A DNA stretch of 63,975 nucleotides, the filler included, from Chiloscyllium plagiosum (lineage: Eukaryota): assembly GCF_004010195.1 (NCBI RefSeq). It is 4 parts of one record of this genome, joined end to end, with 100 filler letters (N's around TTAATTAATTAA, not from the genome) between each part and the next. Parts side by side here need not be neighbours in the genome. Positions count along the whole stretch, not along the records: positions 48,613 to 56,424 come from NC_057712.1; positions 56,525 to 63,975 come from NC_057712.1; 2 more parts are not named here. One strand, written 5' to 3'. Each line of letters opens with the position of its first letter. The first letter of the stretch is position 1. Shown here piece by piece: positions 53,351 through 63,975 of this stretch. A program made the translations under genes and the position numbers. The notes under the pieces were generated by a model. The model was not told where the DNA came from. It made no database searches and was given only the letters and a program-made list of their open reading frames with translations.

Positions 53351-54119
53351 GGCAACTAAGTACTGTATACCTCTGTTGTCAATATCACAAGTATGTAAGT
53401 TCCTGATTCTTCCAAACTACACATAGATGGCTCCACTGAAGCGTCACAATAGACACCAACAAAATTTAAAGCACCTTCCAAGAATATGATAACAAGAACT
53501 AGTTTATAGACCGCTCAGCTTGTATTCCTTTAATCTCAGTTACAGAATTTAGTGACATGAAATATACATTGATCATTTTAATTTAGACAGTGAAAAATTC
53601 ATAAACATACTTTGTTCATAAAACTATGCCACCTCCACTGTTGGATCTCTCCTATAGTTTGGATAGTTGGTAATGGTGTTTTCTGGGACATCTGGTGTAC
53701 CGAGACTCATACCAAGTACGATTCCAAGAATGTGACGATATCACATTGTTTGCGGAACTAGTCTCTGAAACAGTTCTCCTGTTTTTGACACCAGCCCTAA
53801 GATATTAATAACTATACTAATAGACTATGAGTGCCATTTTGTTTCTTAAGTCTTAGCTAATGGTGCCACGTGGTTCAACTGTTTTCATTCATTCCATTTG
53901 ACTTTGTAACAATAGATACAACTAAGCAACTTGGTAGACCATTTCAGATGGTATACGGACACATGTAGACCAGGTGAGGTAAGAATGGCAGTGTCCTCCC
54001 TAAATGTGTTTTTATAACAATCATTTGAGTTTTAACTCCAGATTTGTATTTAATTCAAATTACACCATCTCCTGTGATTGGATTTGAGCCTGGGTCCCCA
54101 AAACATTACCACTAGTCTA

Positions 54120-54328
54120 GGAGAAAGTGAGGACTGCAGATGCTGGAGATCAGAGCTGAAAAATGTGTTACTGGAAAAGCGCAGCAGGTCAGGCAGCATC
54201 CAAGGAGCAGGAGAATCGACGTTTTGGGCATTCCTGAAGAAGGGTTTATGCCTGAAACGTCGATTCTCCTGCTCCTTGATGCTGCCTGACCTGCTGCGCT
54301 TTTCCAGCAACACATTTTTCAGCTCCAA
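54120..54328. mobile_element. Palindromic hammerhead-bearing PLE-terminus insert
   Basis: 13-bp TSD taccactagtcta at 54107-54119 and 54329-54341; inverted arms of about 70 bp. Confidence 0.88.
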
Positions 54329-54448
54329 TACCACTAGTCTATCAACTTCCATATTAACCAAGTAACTAATTGTAAATGCAGTGGGACACATCAATGAAGC
54401 ATATACTTATCTACTTTGCACTTAATGTAATATTAACTTGGTATAGTC

Positions 54449-55046
54449 TGTTATGGACAGATCAAACCCCCTTAAAATATATTAAGAAGGTAGCCTAGAC
54501 CCGAACTTTTTCGCATTTTATAGGCAAGTGCCAGGCATTCTGTTCTAGCTGCAATATAATTGGTCAAACTACCAGTCTTGAAGAAAAACACACTTTATTT
54601 ATACACATAGTTATATTGGAATAACTTAAGTCTATTGGAAAACTTAACAGATTTAACTACTAAACAGAAAATGTTCCAATATAGTAACATCCTATAAATA
54701 TACCCTTAGCAAAGGCAAATTCAGTAAAATAGATTGTCTCACGTTCAATTCTCCAGCCCAGGAGGAAAAACCAACAAGAGAAAACTCAGAGAGTAGTAGG
54801 GTGGGATATACTGCAGCTCCAAACCCAGCTTCAAGACCTCAGCAACTAAAACTAAAAATCTTGATTCTATGGGAGCTTGACTCTACCCAATCAGGCTGCT
54901 TCCATTGTTCTAACTTTTTAATAAAATCCCAAGGCCTCAGAAACTGTTTATTTTATTGGGTCTGAGTAGACCAATCATTACCTGTCTTAACCTTTCTTTA
55001 TAAAAAATGGACAAAATATATCTCTTAGAGCCATAGTATCATCACA
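54449..55046. mobile_element. Solo LTR (598 bp)
   Basis: tgttatg...catcaca termini flanked by a 4-bp TSD AGTC (54445-54448 and 55047-55050). Confidence 0.85.
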
Positions 55047-56059
55047 AGTCATGCCTTTATAAATTTTATGAGTAAAGTATATTTTCAAAATTAAGGAGAA
55101 AAGACTAGAATCATAGCTACTCAAGAGACTAAAATTACAGGAGTGCAGAGATCTTAGAGGACTGTAGGCCTAGAGGAGATTGCAAGAAGGATGACAATGA
55201 AGAACAAAATCATGAAGAAATTTGAAAACAAACAAGAGAATTTTACAACTAAGACATTGCCAGACCAGCAGCCAACATGAGTCAGGGATCTGGAGGAAGT
55301 GCCGCATGTCTTCTCCTGGGATTGTTTAATTGCTGAGTCATCTGTTATGCTTAACTCTGGAATTTACAAATTTTGACTGCTTAAAATAAAACCAGCTCAT
55401 GTCACTAATTACACAACTGAGATTAAAGGAATACAAGCTGAACAGACTATGTTATCATATTCTTGGAAGTTTCTTTAAGTTTTGTTGTTCTCTGATAGGA
55501 TGAAGACCAACCCCACATATTGACACACTTCAGTGGAGCCATCCCAGTGTTGTTTGGAGCCAGAATCAGGAACTCACTTCATTGCGACATTGACAGCAGT
55601 AAGTTTAAGAGCAGTTGGACATTGTTTTGATGATAAAAATCTGTTTAGATTTCAGGAAAGATCAAGATGATGTTGAGATCTTTAAATATTTGCAGACAGA
55701 TTGATAGATGATTGAAATGCTACTGACCCTATGGTTTTGTGTGTATATTTAGAATTGATATTCAATATTCCAATTGAATAAATCAGAAAATAAAGTTACT
55801 GCAAGTGAACTGGTCACCTGGATGTATCAGGATATGACTGAGACAATGTGTCTGTACCAAGAGGCTTCTCCAATCTAGAATTTTTTCTATGAAACACTTG
55901 GCCAAATTGACAGTCTTTTCTGGTTCTGTAGGTTACTATCTTACAATGGCCATTGATTAGTAACTATTTAAAGAGTTAATAATTGGAAGAGTAAATAGCA
56001 ATAAATAAGTTAGAAGTTAGTCACAAAGATGTTATGTTGAAATGGGAAGCAAATACGGG

Positions 56060-56920
56060 TAGTGCCTCCCACCCGCCCTCCTCCTCTAACCTAATAATAA
56101 CACCTGTTGTGGTAAGTAGGTAAGTGCTGAATTTTGCTTGTTGTATTCTTTAGACCCAGTTTTTTTAAAAATAAAAGTTAGCTTTAGAGGGATGGCAGTG
56201 AAGGCAGTGCAATGTTCCTCCTGCAACATGTATGAGGTGAGGGATGCCATCGACGTCCCTGCCGATTACACTTGCAGGAAGTGCACCCATCTCCAGCTCC
56301 TCCAAGACCGTGTTAGGGAACTGGAGCTGGAGTTGGATGAACTTCGGATCATTCGGGAGGCAGAGGGGGTCATAGATCAGAGTTATAGGGAAGTAGTAAC
56401 TCCAAAGATGGCAGAGAGATGGGTNNNNNNNNNNNNNNNNNNNNNNNNNNNNNNNNNNNNNNNNNNNNTTAATTAATTAANNNNNNNNNNNNNNNNNNNN
56501 NNNNNNNNNNNNNNNNNNNNNNNNCTGAGGTACTTGGGGCTGTTTTCATTGGAGAAAAGAAGGTTTAGGGGTGACTTGATAGAGGTGTCCAAGATGATTA
56601 GGGGTTTAGATAGGGTTGACCATGAGAACCTATTTCCACGTATGGAGTCAGCTATTACGAGGGGGCATAGCTTTAAATTAAGGGGTGGTAGGTATAGGAC
56701 AGATGTTAGGGGTAGATTCTTTACTCAGTGAGTCGTGAGTTCATGGAATGCCCTGCCAGTAGCAGTGGTGGACTCTCCCTCTTTATGGGCATTTAAACGG
56801 GCATTGGATAGGCATATGGAGGATAGTGGGCTAGTGTAGGTTAGATGGGCTTGGATCGGCGCAACATCGAGGGCCGAAGGGCCTGTACTGCGCTGTATTC
56901 TTCTATGTTCTATGTTCTAT
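56060..56920 (+). mobile_element. CR1 5' end/ORF1 start, gap, then CR1 3' end
   Basis: MAVKAVQCSSC...CRKC...LELELDEL; (ttctatg)n tail at about 56900-56920. Confidence 0.88.
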
Positions 56921-58377
56921 CAATCGATACCATAACTAATCTAGTCCCATTTTCCAGCACTTGGCCCATATCCCTCTAAACCCTTCCTATTCATATACCC
57001 ATCCAGATGCCTTTTAAATGTTGTAACTGTAACAGCCTCCAACACTTCCTCTGGCAGCCCAATCCATGCATGCACTATCTTCAGCATTTAAAAGTTACCC
57101 TTTAGGTTCTTTTTAAATCTTTCCCCTCTCATCCTAAACCTATGCCCTCTAGTTTGGAACTCCCCCACCCCAGAGAAAATACCTTGTCTATTTATCCTAT
57201 CAATGTCCCTCACGATTTTATAAACCTCTATGAGGTCACCCCTCAGCCTCCGATGCTCCGAAATCAATCCATATTTTTATTGCCTTAATTAACAAGCATG
57301 AACTGGAGGAATTATGCTATGTGGAATAATTTTAATGAATAATCATTGTTTTTGATGAGATTGTAGAGAACAAAGTGGCATTTTGAAGCTCCATTTGAAC
57401 TTTGTACACCCAGACCCCAACACCGGCACCTCCAAGTTGTGTTTTGAAGTGGCAGGCAGCTAGAACCTTAGGATCACCATGTTCCCTGGCCAACATCTCT
57501 GTCTAGGGCCTGTTGCAGTACTCCAGTGAAGCTCAATGCCAACTGGAAGAATAACATTTCATTTTTTGCTTGGGATCTTGCAACCTTCAAGACTCAACAT
57601 TGAGTTCAATAATTTTACGGCACCTTACCCCACCACCATACACCAGGCCAAGTGCTACTGCCACAACTATCCCATTGTCAACTTCTAATGGGGGGTCTCC
57701 ACGGGCAGTTATTAATTCTCCCAGGTTGACCATTACCTATTCCTTTGTCTGTCTGACTGTTGTTCTCTCTCTCTGGGCTCCATGTCCATTTATTCCTCCC
57801 CCTCCCCTACCCCATCTTCAGCATATATACCAAACATTTCCTAGCTACATCTGTTGTGAAGGGTCACTGGACACAAAATGTCAACTCTTCTCTCTCGCCA
57901 CAGATGCTGTCAGACCTGGTGAGGTTATCCAGTAATTTTGTTTCCAAGTATTTTCAGCACCCACAGTTCTTTGTTTAATTTTATGTAGAGTATACTTAGA
58001 ATTACATTTGTTTTTAATCATTCATAAGATATGGATGTCACTAGCCAACATTTATTATCCAGCTTCACTGGCCTTTCAGAAAGTAGTAGTGAGCTGCTTT
58101 CTGTGCTATTAGGTCAGAGAATAATCAGGGCTGTGGGGGCAGGATTTTGACACAGTAATGATGTCAGATTGAGTCAAGATGGTGGCAATGACAGGCTATC
58201 TGTATGTTGATGCATTGCGCACATTACATCAGCATACATGCTTTCACTGTAGGGAGTGCTGCTAGCTTAGAAATGGGTATGCGCTGTATTTAGTAGTAGT
58301 AGAGAATGGTGGTCTGGCGGATGGATGATATCATGTCAAGATACATTCACTAATGGTGACCATCTGGTGAGCTCATT

Positions 58378-59516
58378 ATAGAGTCATAGTCATAGAGATG
58401 TACAGCACGGAAACAGACCCTTCGGTCCAACTTATCCATGCCGACCAGATATTGAATTGAATTGAATTTATTGCCATGTGTACCGAGGCACAGTGAAAAG
58501 CTTTGTCTTGCGAGCCAACCTAACCCAATCTAATTCCACCTGCCAGCACCTGGCCGATATCCCTCCAAACCCTTCCTGTTCTTTTCCCATCCAGGTGTCT
58601 CTTAAATATTGCACTCGTACCGGCCTCCACCGCTTCCTCTGGCAGCTTATTCCATACACATATCACCCTCTGCGTGAAAAAGTTGCCCCTTAGGTCTCTT
58701 TTATACCTTTCCCCTCGCACCCTAAGCCTATGCCCTCTAGTTCTGGACTTCCCCACCCCAGGGAAGAGACTTAGTCTATTTATCCTATGCATGTTCCTCA
58801 CGATTTTATAAATGTCTATATGGTCACCTCTTAGCCTCTGACGCTCCACAGAAAATAGCCCCAGCCTGTTCAGCCTCTCCCTATAGCTCAAATCCTCCAA
58901 GCCTGGCAACATCATTGTAAGTCTTTTCTGAATCCTTTCAAGTTTCACAACAGCCTTCCAATAGGAAGGAGACCAATATTCCAAAAGTGGCCTAATCAAT
59001 ATCCTGTACAGCTGCAACATGACCTTCCAACTCCTGTACTCAATACTCTGACCAATAAAGGAAAGCATACCAAACGCTTTCGTCACTATCCTATCGACCT
59101 GCGACTCCACTTTCAAGGCGCTATGAACCTGCGCTCCAAGGTCTCTTTATTCAGCAACACTCCCTAGGACCTTACCATTAAGTGTATAAGTCCTGCTAAG
59201 ATTTGCTTTCCCAAAATGCAGCACCTCACATTTATCTGAATTAAACTCCATCTGCCACTTCTCAGCCCATTGGCCCATCTGGTCAAGATCCTGTTGTAAT
59301 CTGAGGTAACCTTCTTCACTGTCCACCTCCAATTTTGGTGTCTAACTGTACCTCTTATGCTCGCATCCAAATAATTTATATAAATGATAAAAGTAATGGA
59401 CCCAGCAATGATCCTTGTGGCACTCCATTGATCACAGGCCTCCAGTTTGAAAAAAATAACCCTCCACCACCACCACCCTCTGTCTTCTACCTTTGAGCTA
59501 GTTCTGTATCCAAATG
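58378..59516 (-). mobile_element. CR1 RT/3' fragment, same family as 2000-3748
   Basis: SEEGYLRLQQDLDQMGQWAEKWQMEFNSDKC. Confidence 0.92.
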
Positions 59517-60697
59517 GCTTGGTTTGGCACTGTGCCCCAGGTCCTTGAGGCTGGAAGCTGGGAATTGGCCAATCAGCTGCTTCCAATTCCCAAAGATTTT
59601 CCAAGGGTCCCCTAATCCACTTAGTACCATGATGTTTCTCCGCCTGTCCATCTCCATCTCGTTAAAGTTTCCAGCATCTCCTTCTACAAGTGGAAGCCTC
59701 TTTCTGCCCTGGCTTTCCATTTCCCCTTTTATAAATATAGCAATATTAATTCAGCAGTGACCTTCTGTTATTCAGATAGAGGCTGACTTTGAAAAGATTG
59801 GCTGCACCACCTACAATTGGCAAATACTGCTCAGCTCTCAGCCAGCATGGAAATATACAGCTCAAAACTACATTGAGAAAAACAAAGTGGCAGCAATAAA
59901 TTTTCTTGGGTGCAACCTGATCATGAAATGTAACCCCTTGCAGTCAAAATCCAGCACAGTCACATTTTTAGTCTCATCTCAATGTGAAGCAATTAGAACG
60001 TTTAGTTCCACCGATACAAACAATTTTTATTACCCTTTTCTAACTGCCAACAAAACCCAGGTCAGTTAATTGGTTGATTGGCTTCAAAACACAAATTCTT
60101 TAAATGCAAATCTAACTATTTAAGTACCCTCTCCTATTTTCCTCATTTCTTCTATTCCTCTCTCACCTCCTCTCAACCCTATGGCAAGTTTCTCTCACTT
60201 AATCTCTCTAACCTTAGTAACTTTATCATTCACTCAGAAGGAATATTTTTTATAGAATGTACACGACCTAAAGCAGAAGCAACATCAGGTATGTCATCAA
60301 AACACACTTTTCTCTTCATAAAAACACATAGACAAAGCTGACATTTCTTTAAATAAAATATTTAATATTAATTCTACCTCATCGTCCTCTTTACAAAATC
60401 ATTTGAAATAAAGCTAATGAGTTCAAAATGTGGGTTTCTAAAGGAAATTATTCTAACTATGCAGTTAATAAAACAGTATTGTTACACTCTGAGAAGTTAG
60501 CTTTATTGCATATGTTGGAAGTGTGAAACTAAATTCAATTTATTTTGGATGAAACATGGAAGATAGGAACAGGAGGAGGCCATTCAGCCCTTCGAGTAAA
60601 AGTATTCGGTTCAAGCCCATCATTTTTGAAAAGGTTAAGATTTTCACTAAAACGGGTGTGCTTCACTCAAAGTCACAAAACTTGAGTCAATGAATTA

Positions 60698-61050
60698 GGT
60701 CAGCATGGTGATTCAGTGGTTAACACTGCTACCTCACAGCATCAAGGACCCAGGTTCGATTCCACTCTCAGGTGACTGTGCATGGAGTTTGCACATTCGC
60801 CCTGTGTTTGTGTAGGTTTCCTTTGGATGCTCCGGTTTTCTCCCACAGACAAAAGATATGCAGGTCAGGTGGATTGGTCATGCTAAATTGCCCCTAGTAT
60901 TCAGGGAATGTGCAGGTTAGGTGGATTAGCCATGGGAAATGCAGGGTTACAGGGTGGGGTGGATGGATGGGTCTGGTTGGATGCTCTTCGGCGGGGTGAT
61001 AGGACTTAATGGGCGGAATGGCCTGCTTCTACACTGTAGAGATTCTATGA
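60698..61050 (+). mobile_element. V-SINE copy
   Basis: A/B boxes (ggttcgattcc) and V-domain. Confidence 0.85.
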
Positions 61051-61787
61051 TTTATTCAAGTGCATGATTTTGAAATCCTAGGTAGGACAGACAAACTCGA
61101 GAGATAGCCTGGGAACCTTGGAAGAAAACAGTAGAAGCCAAAAAAACAGTCTACTAACCAACCATGCTGTATCTAGAAGAAGTACTGTTGCCACTGCATT
61201 TGCACTACCTCCACAGCACTATGCAGTGCACCAGACTGTCAACGGTCAACATATGCACATGTTGTAGTCACTCAGTTAAATACAACAATGTAATCATAAT
61301 AGGAGCTCTCCTCAAGTTTCCTGTCCTTGCAAACATCAACCCTCCATACACATGCTGACTGACAAAAACTACAAGCAGGTTGAAATTACCTTGCTGTACC
61401 TCTCCTACCGCTGCATGACCACCTCTCAACTTACTGTGTGCTTTTCACCTTGGCATCACGTATGCAGCAACCTTTCTGAGCAAGATCTACCAGTGCACAC
61501 CCTTTGAATCAAATGACCACAGTGAGAGTGGTCCTCTCCAAACAGTTTCAGGACAGATCAATTTTGTCCCCTGTACAAGCTACCCTCCACTGCTATGGTC
61601 TCAATACATTTCCTTATGCTCTTGTGGAGAGATACAAACACATCATCACACAGTCTGTGAAGGGGATACTCCTCAGTAATAAGGAGTAGACTAATCATCT
61701 TAACCTCAGCAAATGGGAAGACTATCGCTTGACTTTGGGGATTTGCATTCACTGAATTAAAAAAAAAATTAAACTAGTGATTATTTG

Positions 61788-62106
61788 TGGGTGGCACGGT
61801 GGCACAGTGGTTAGCATGCTGCCTCACAGCGCAGAGACCCGGGTTCATTTCCCGCTTCAGGCGACTGAATGTGCGGAGTTTGCACATTCTCCCCGTGTCT
61901 GCGTGGGTTTCCTCTGGGTGCTCCAGTTTCCTCCCACAGTCCAAAAAATGTGCAGGTCAGGTGAATTGGCCATGCTAAATTGCCATAGTGTTAGGTGAAG
62001 GGGTAAATGCAGGGGAGTGGGTCTGGGTGGGTTGCGCTTCGGCAGGTCGGTGTGGACTTTTTGGGCCAAAGGGCCTGTTTCCACACTGTAAGTAATCTAA
62101 TCTAAT
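61788..62106 (+). mobile_element. HE1/V-SINE, same subfamily as 32993-33306
   Basis: Collinear with 32993-33306, including the (aatct)n tail. Confidence 0.92.
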
Positions 62107-62199
62107 TAAATATTCAGGACAGTAAAATTTCCAGTTACTGAGAAAAAAATGCTATTTGCAAATAATTTCAGAAGTATTCCAAGCAACTTGTATGTAGCT

Positions 62200-62780
62200 A
62201 ACATAGAACCACAGAAATGATACTGCACAAAAGGGGCCATTTGGCCCATATCGCCCATGCTGATGCCCTTCCCCAGATCCCCTTCTAATCCCATCTTCTT
62301 GTACACAGCCCATAGTCCTGTAGCTTACAGGATCCTGGTACTTTTTAAAAGAGTTTAGGACCTCTGCCTCCTTTACCAACTCAGGTAGCGAATTCCTGAC
62401 ACTCACCACCCTCTGTGTAAAAATATTTTTCCTCACATTCCCTTGAACCCTTCTGCCACTTCACTTGAATCTCTCACCCCTGGCTTTTGAACTCTCTGCC
62501 AAGGGAAACAGGTTCCTTCTATCCCTTACAATTCTGGATACGTCAATCATATCACCCCTCAGCCTTCTCTTTTCCAAGGAAGACAACCCCAATTGCTCCA
62601 ATGTCTCTTTATAGCTACAGTTCTCCAGGCCTGGCAACATTCTAGTACATTTTCTCAGCATCCTCTCGAAAGTAATTATGTTTTTCCTGTAACGTGGTGA
62701 CCAGAACTGCACACAATATTCCAATTGTGGCCTCACCAGTGTCTTATACAGTTTCATTATTATATCCCTACTTTTGTATT
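62200..62780 (-). mobile_element. Old CR1 3' fragment
   Basis: LYKTLVRPQLEYCVQFWSP. Confidence 0.88.
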
Positions 62781-62799
62781 TTATACAAAATAAAAACCG

Positions 62800-63975
62800 A
62801 AAGAAGTGTGGTTTTTTTCGCAGCAGAGAGCGGCGGGAGCTGGGCGGAAGTTCAGGCGGAGCGCAAAGCCGGTCAGGAAGGTAAGTGATTGCTATTAGAG
62901 TGGGTGTGTTCTAAACCCAGGTCCTACAAAGTAGGGTCTCCCTCCCTCCCTCCTCCTCTAACCTAAATTAAGAGTCCATAGACTTGCCACAAAAAGAGAG
63001 TCTAAGGAAGTTTGGATTGAAGAGTGAGGCTTTAGCTCAGGAGTCTTTGACAAGGAGGTTGAGTGAAGTGATTACACCACAGTTGAACAGGGTGAAGATA
63101 TGACTGCCCAGCTGGTTCAGTGCGCTACGTGCTTGATGTGGGAGGTCAACGACTCTGGTGTGTCTGGCTCGTATATGTGTGGAAAGTGTGTGCACATTCA
63201 GCTATTGACCAAGAATATTGCAGCGCTGATGAAAGAATTCGAGGACGTTAGGCTCATCCGAGAGAACGAGATCTTTCTGGACAAGACCTTCAGCGATGTT
63301 ATTACACCAATCATGCCAGAAGAAAGCAGAAGAGAGCAGACGATGAGGAAGGCGAAGAGGAGACAGGTGCAAGAGACCCCGGGAGAAGTACCTGTCAGGA
63401 TCAAGTTGAATCATTTGGAAACAGTAGAGACAGATGACACTGCCAGTTCGCAAGGCGGCCAGGTCTGTCAATCAACAGTTGGCGCAGAGGCAGAGCGGAA
63501 GAGTCGGACATCGCACAGAGCCGTGGTAACAGGAGACTCCATAGTGAGAGGAACTGACCGGGGTTTTTGTGGCAGCAGACGGGATTTAAGGATGGTGTGT
63601 TGCCTTCCTGGTGCCAGGATTAAGGACATCGCAGACAGAGTACAGGAAATCCTCAAGGACGAAGGTGAAGAGCCAGAGGTGGTAGTACATGTCGGCACAA
63701 ATGATGTCAGGAAGAAGAGGAGGAACATACTACAGTAGGACTTCGGAGAACTAGGAAGAAGGCTGAAAAGCAGGACGTCCAGGGTGGTTATCCCCAGTTT
63801 GCTTCCAGTTCCTCGGGCTGGTGTGGCCAGAAACAGGGAGATAATGGACTTGAACGTGTGGTTGGGGAACTGGTGCAGGGAGTAAGGATTTAAGTTCTTG
63901 GATCACTGGGGTATATTTTGTGGTAAGCATAAATTCTACACCTTAATAGGTTAGGGACCAGCATTCTGGCAGGCA
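62800..63975 (+). mobile_element. CR1 5' end and ORF1 (zinc finger, coiled coil, SGNH esterase), premature stop
   Basis: QCATC...CGKC, VTGDSIVRG, CLPGARI, VHVGTND; esterase homology continues past TAG 63736-63738. Confidence 0.92.

Noticed and set aside
59776..60069. Open frame of about 100 codons after a ttcAG acceptor
   Set aside because: No recognisable domain, transmembrane segment, Box1 or WSxWS; compatible with chance.
61300..61760. Possible Harbinger transposase remnant
   Set aside because: The resemblance is faint, with no intact motifs or TIRs to support it.

Overview
Eukaryotic, repeat-dominated genomic DNA, very probably from a cartilaginous fish (shark), judging by HE1/V-SINE-like and DeuSINE-like SINEs and abundant CR1 LINEs. 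It contains four assembly gaps. Most of the window is nested, decayed transposable elements: CR1, L1, Rex/Babar, two Penelope-like (PLE) lineages, a Gmr1-type Gypsy with integrase before RT, a solo LTR and a pogo-like MITE. Three well-supported host exons lie between the repeats; the ORF track misses two and only incidentally overlaps the third. One is a 141-bp minus-strand exon for the C-terminal half of a SAMD10/SAMD12/aveugle-type SAM domain (6296-6436). The other two are in-phase plus-strand exons of a class I cytokine receptor most like MPL domains 3/4 (41674-41849, 42794-42942). The remaining exons of both genes were not found. The most distinctive non-coding signal is a dense set of minimal hammerhead-ribozyme motifs from at least three sequence families. 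They sit in PLE 3' ends and in short, often palindromic, TSD-flanked inserts, and one 2.6-kb inverted PLE dimer ends at the predicted cleavage triplet. All protein-family assignments come from remembered motifs, not database searches.
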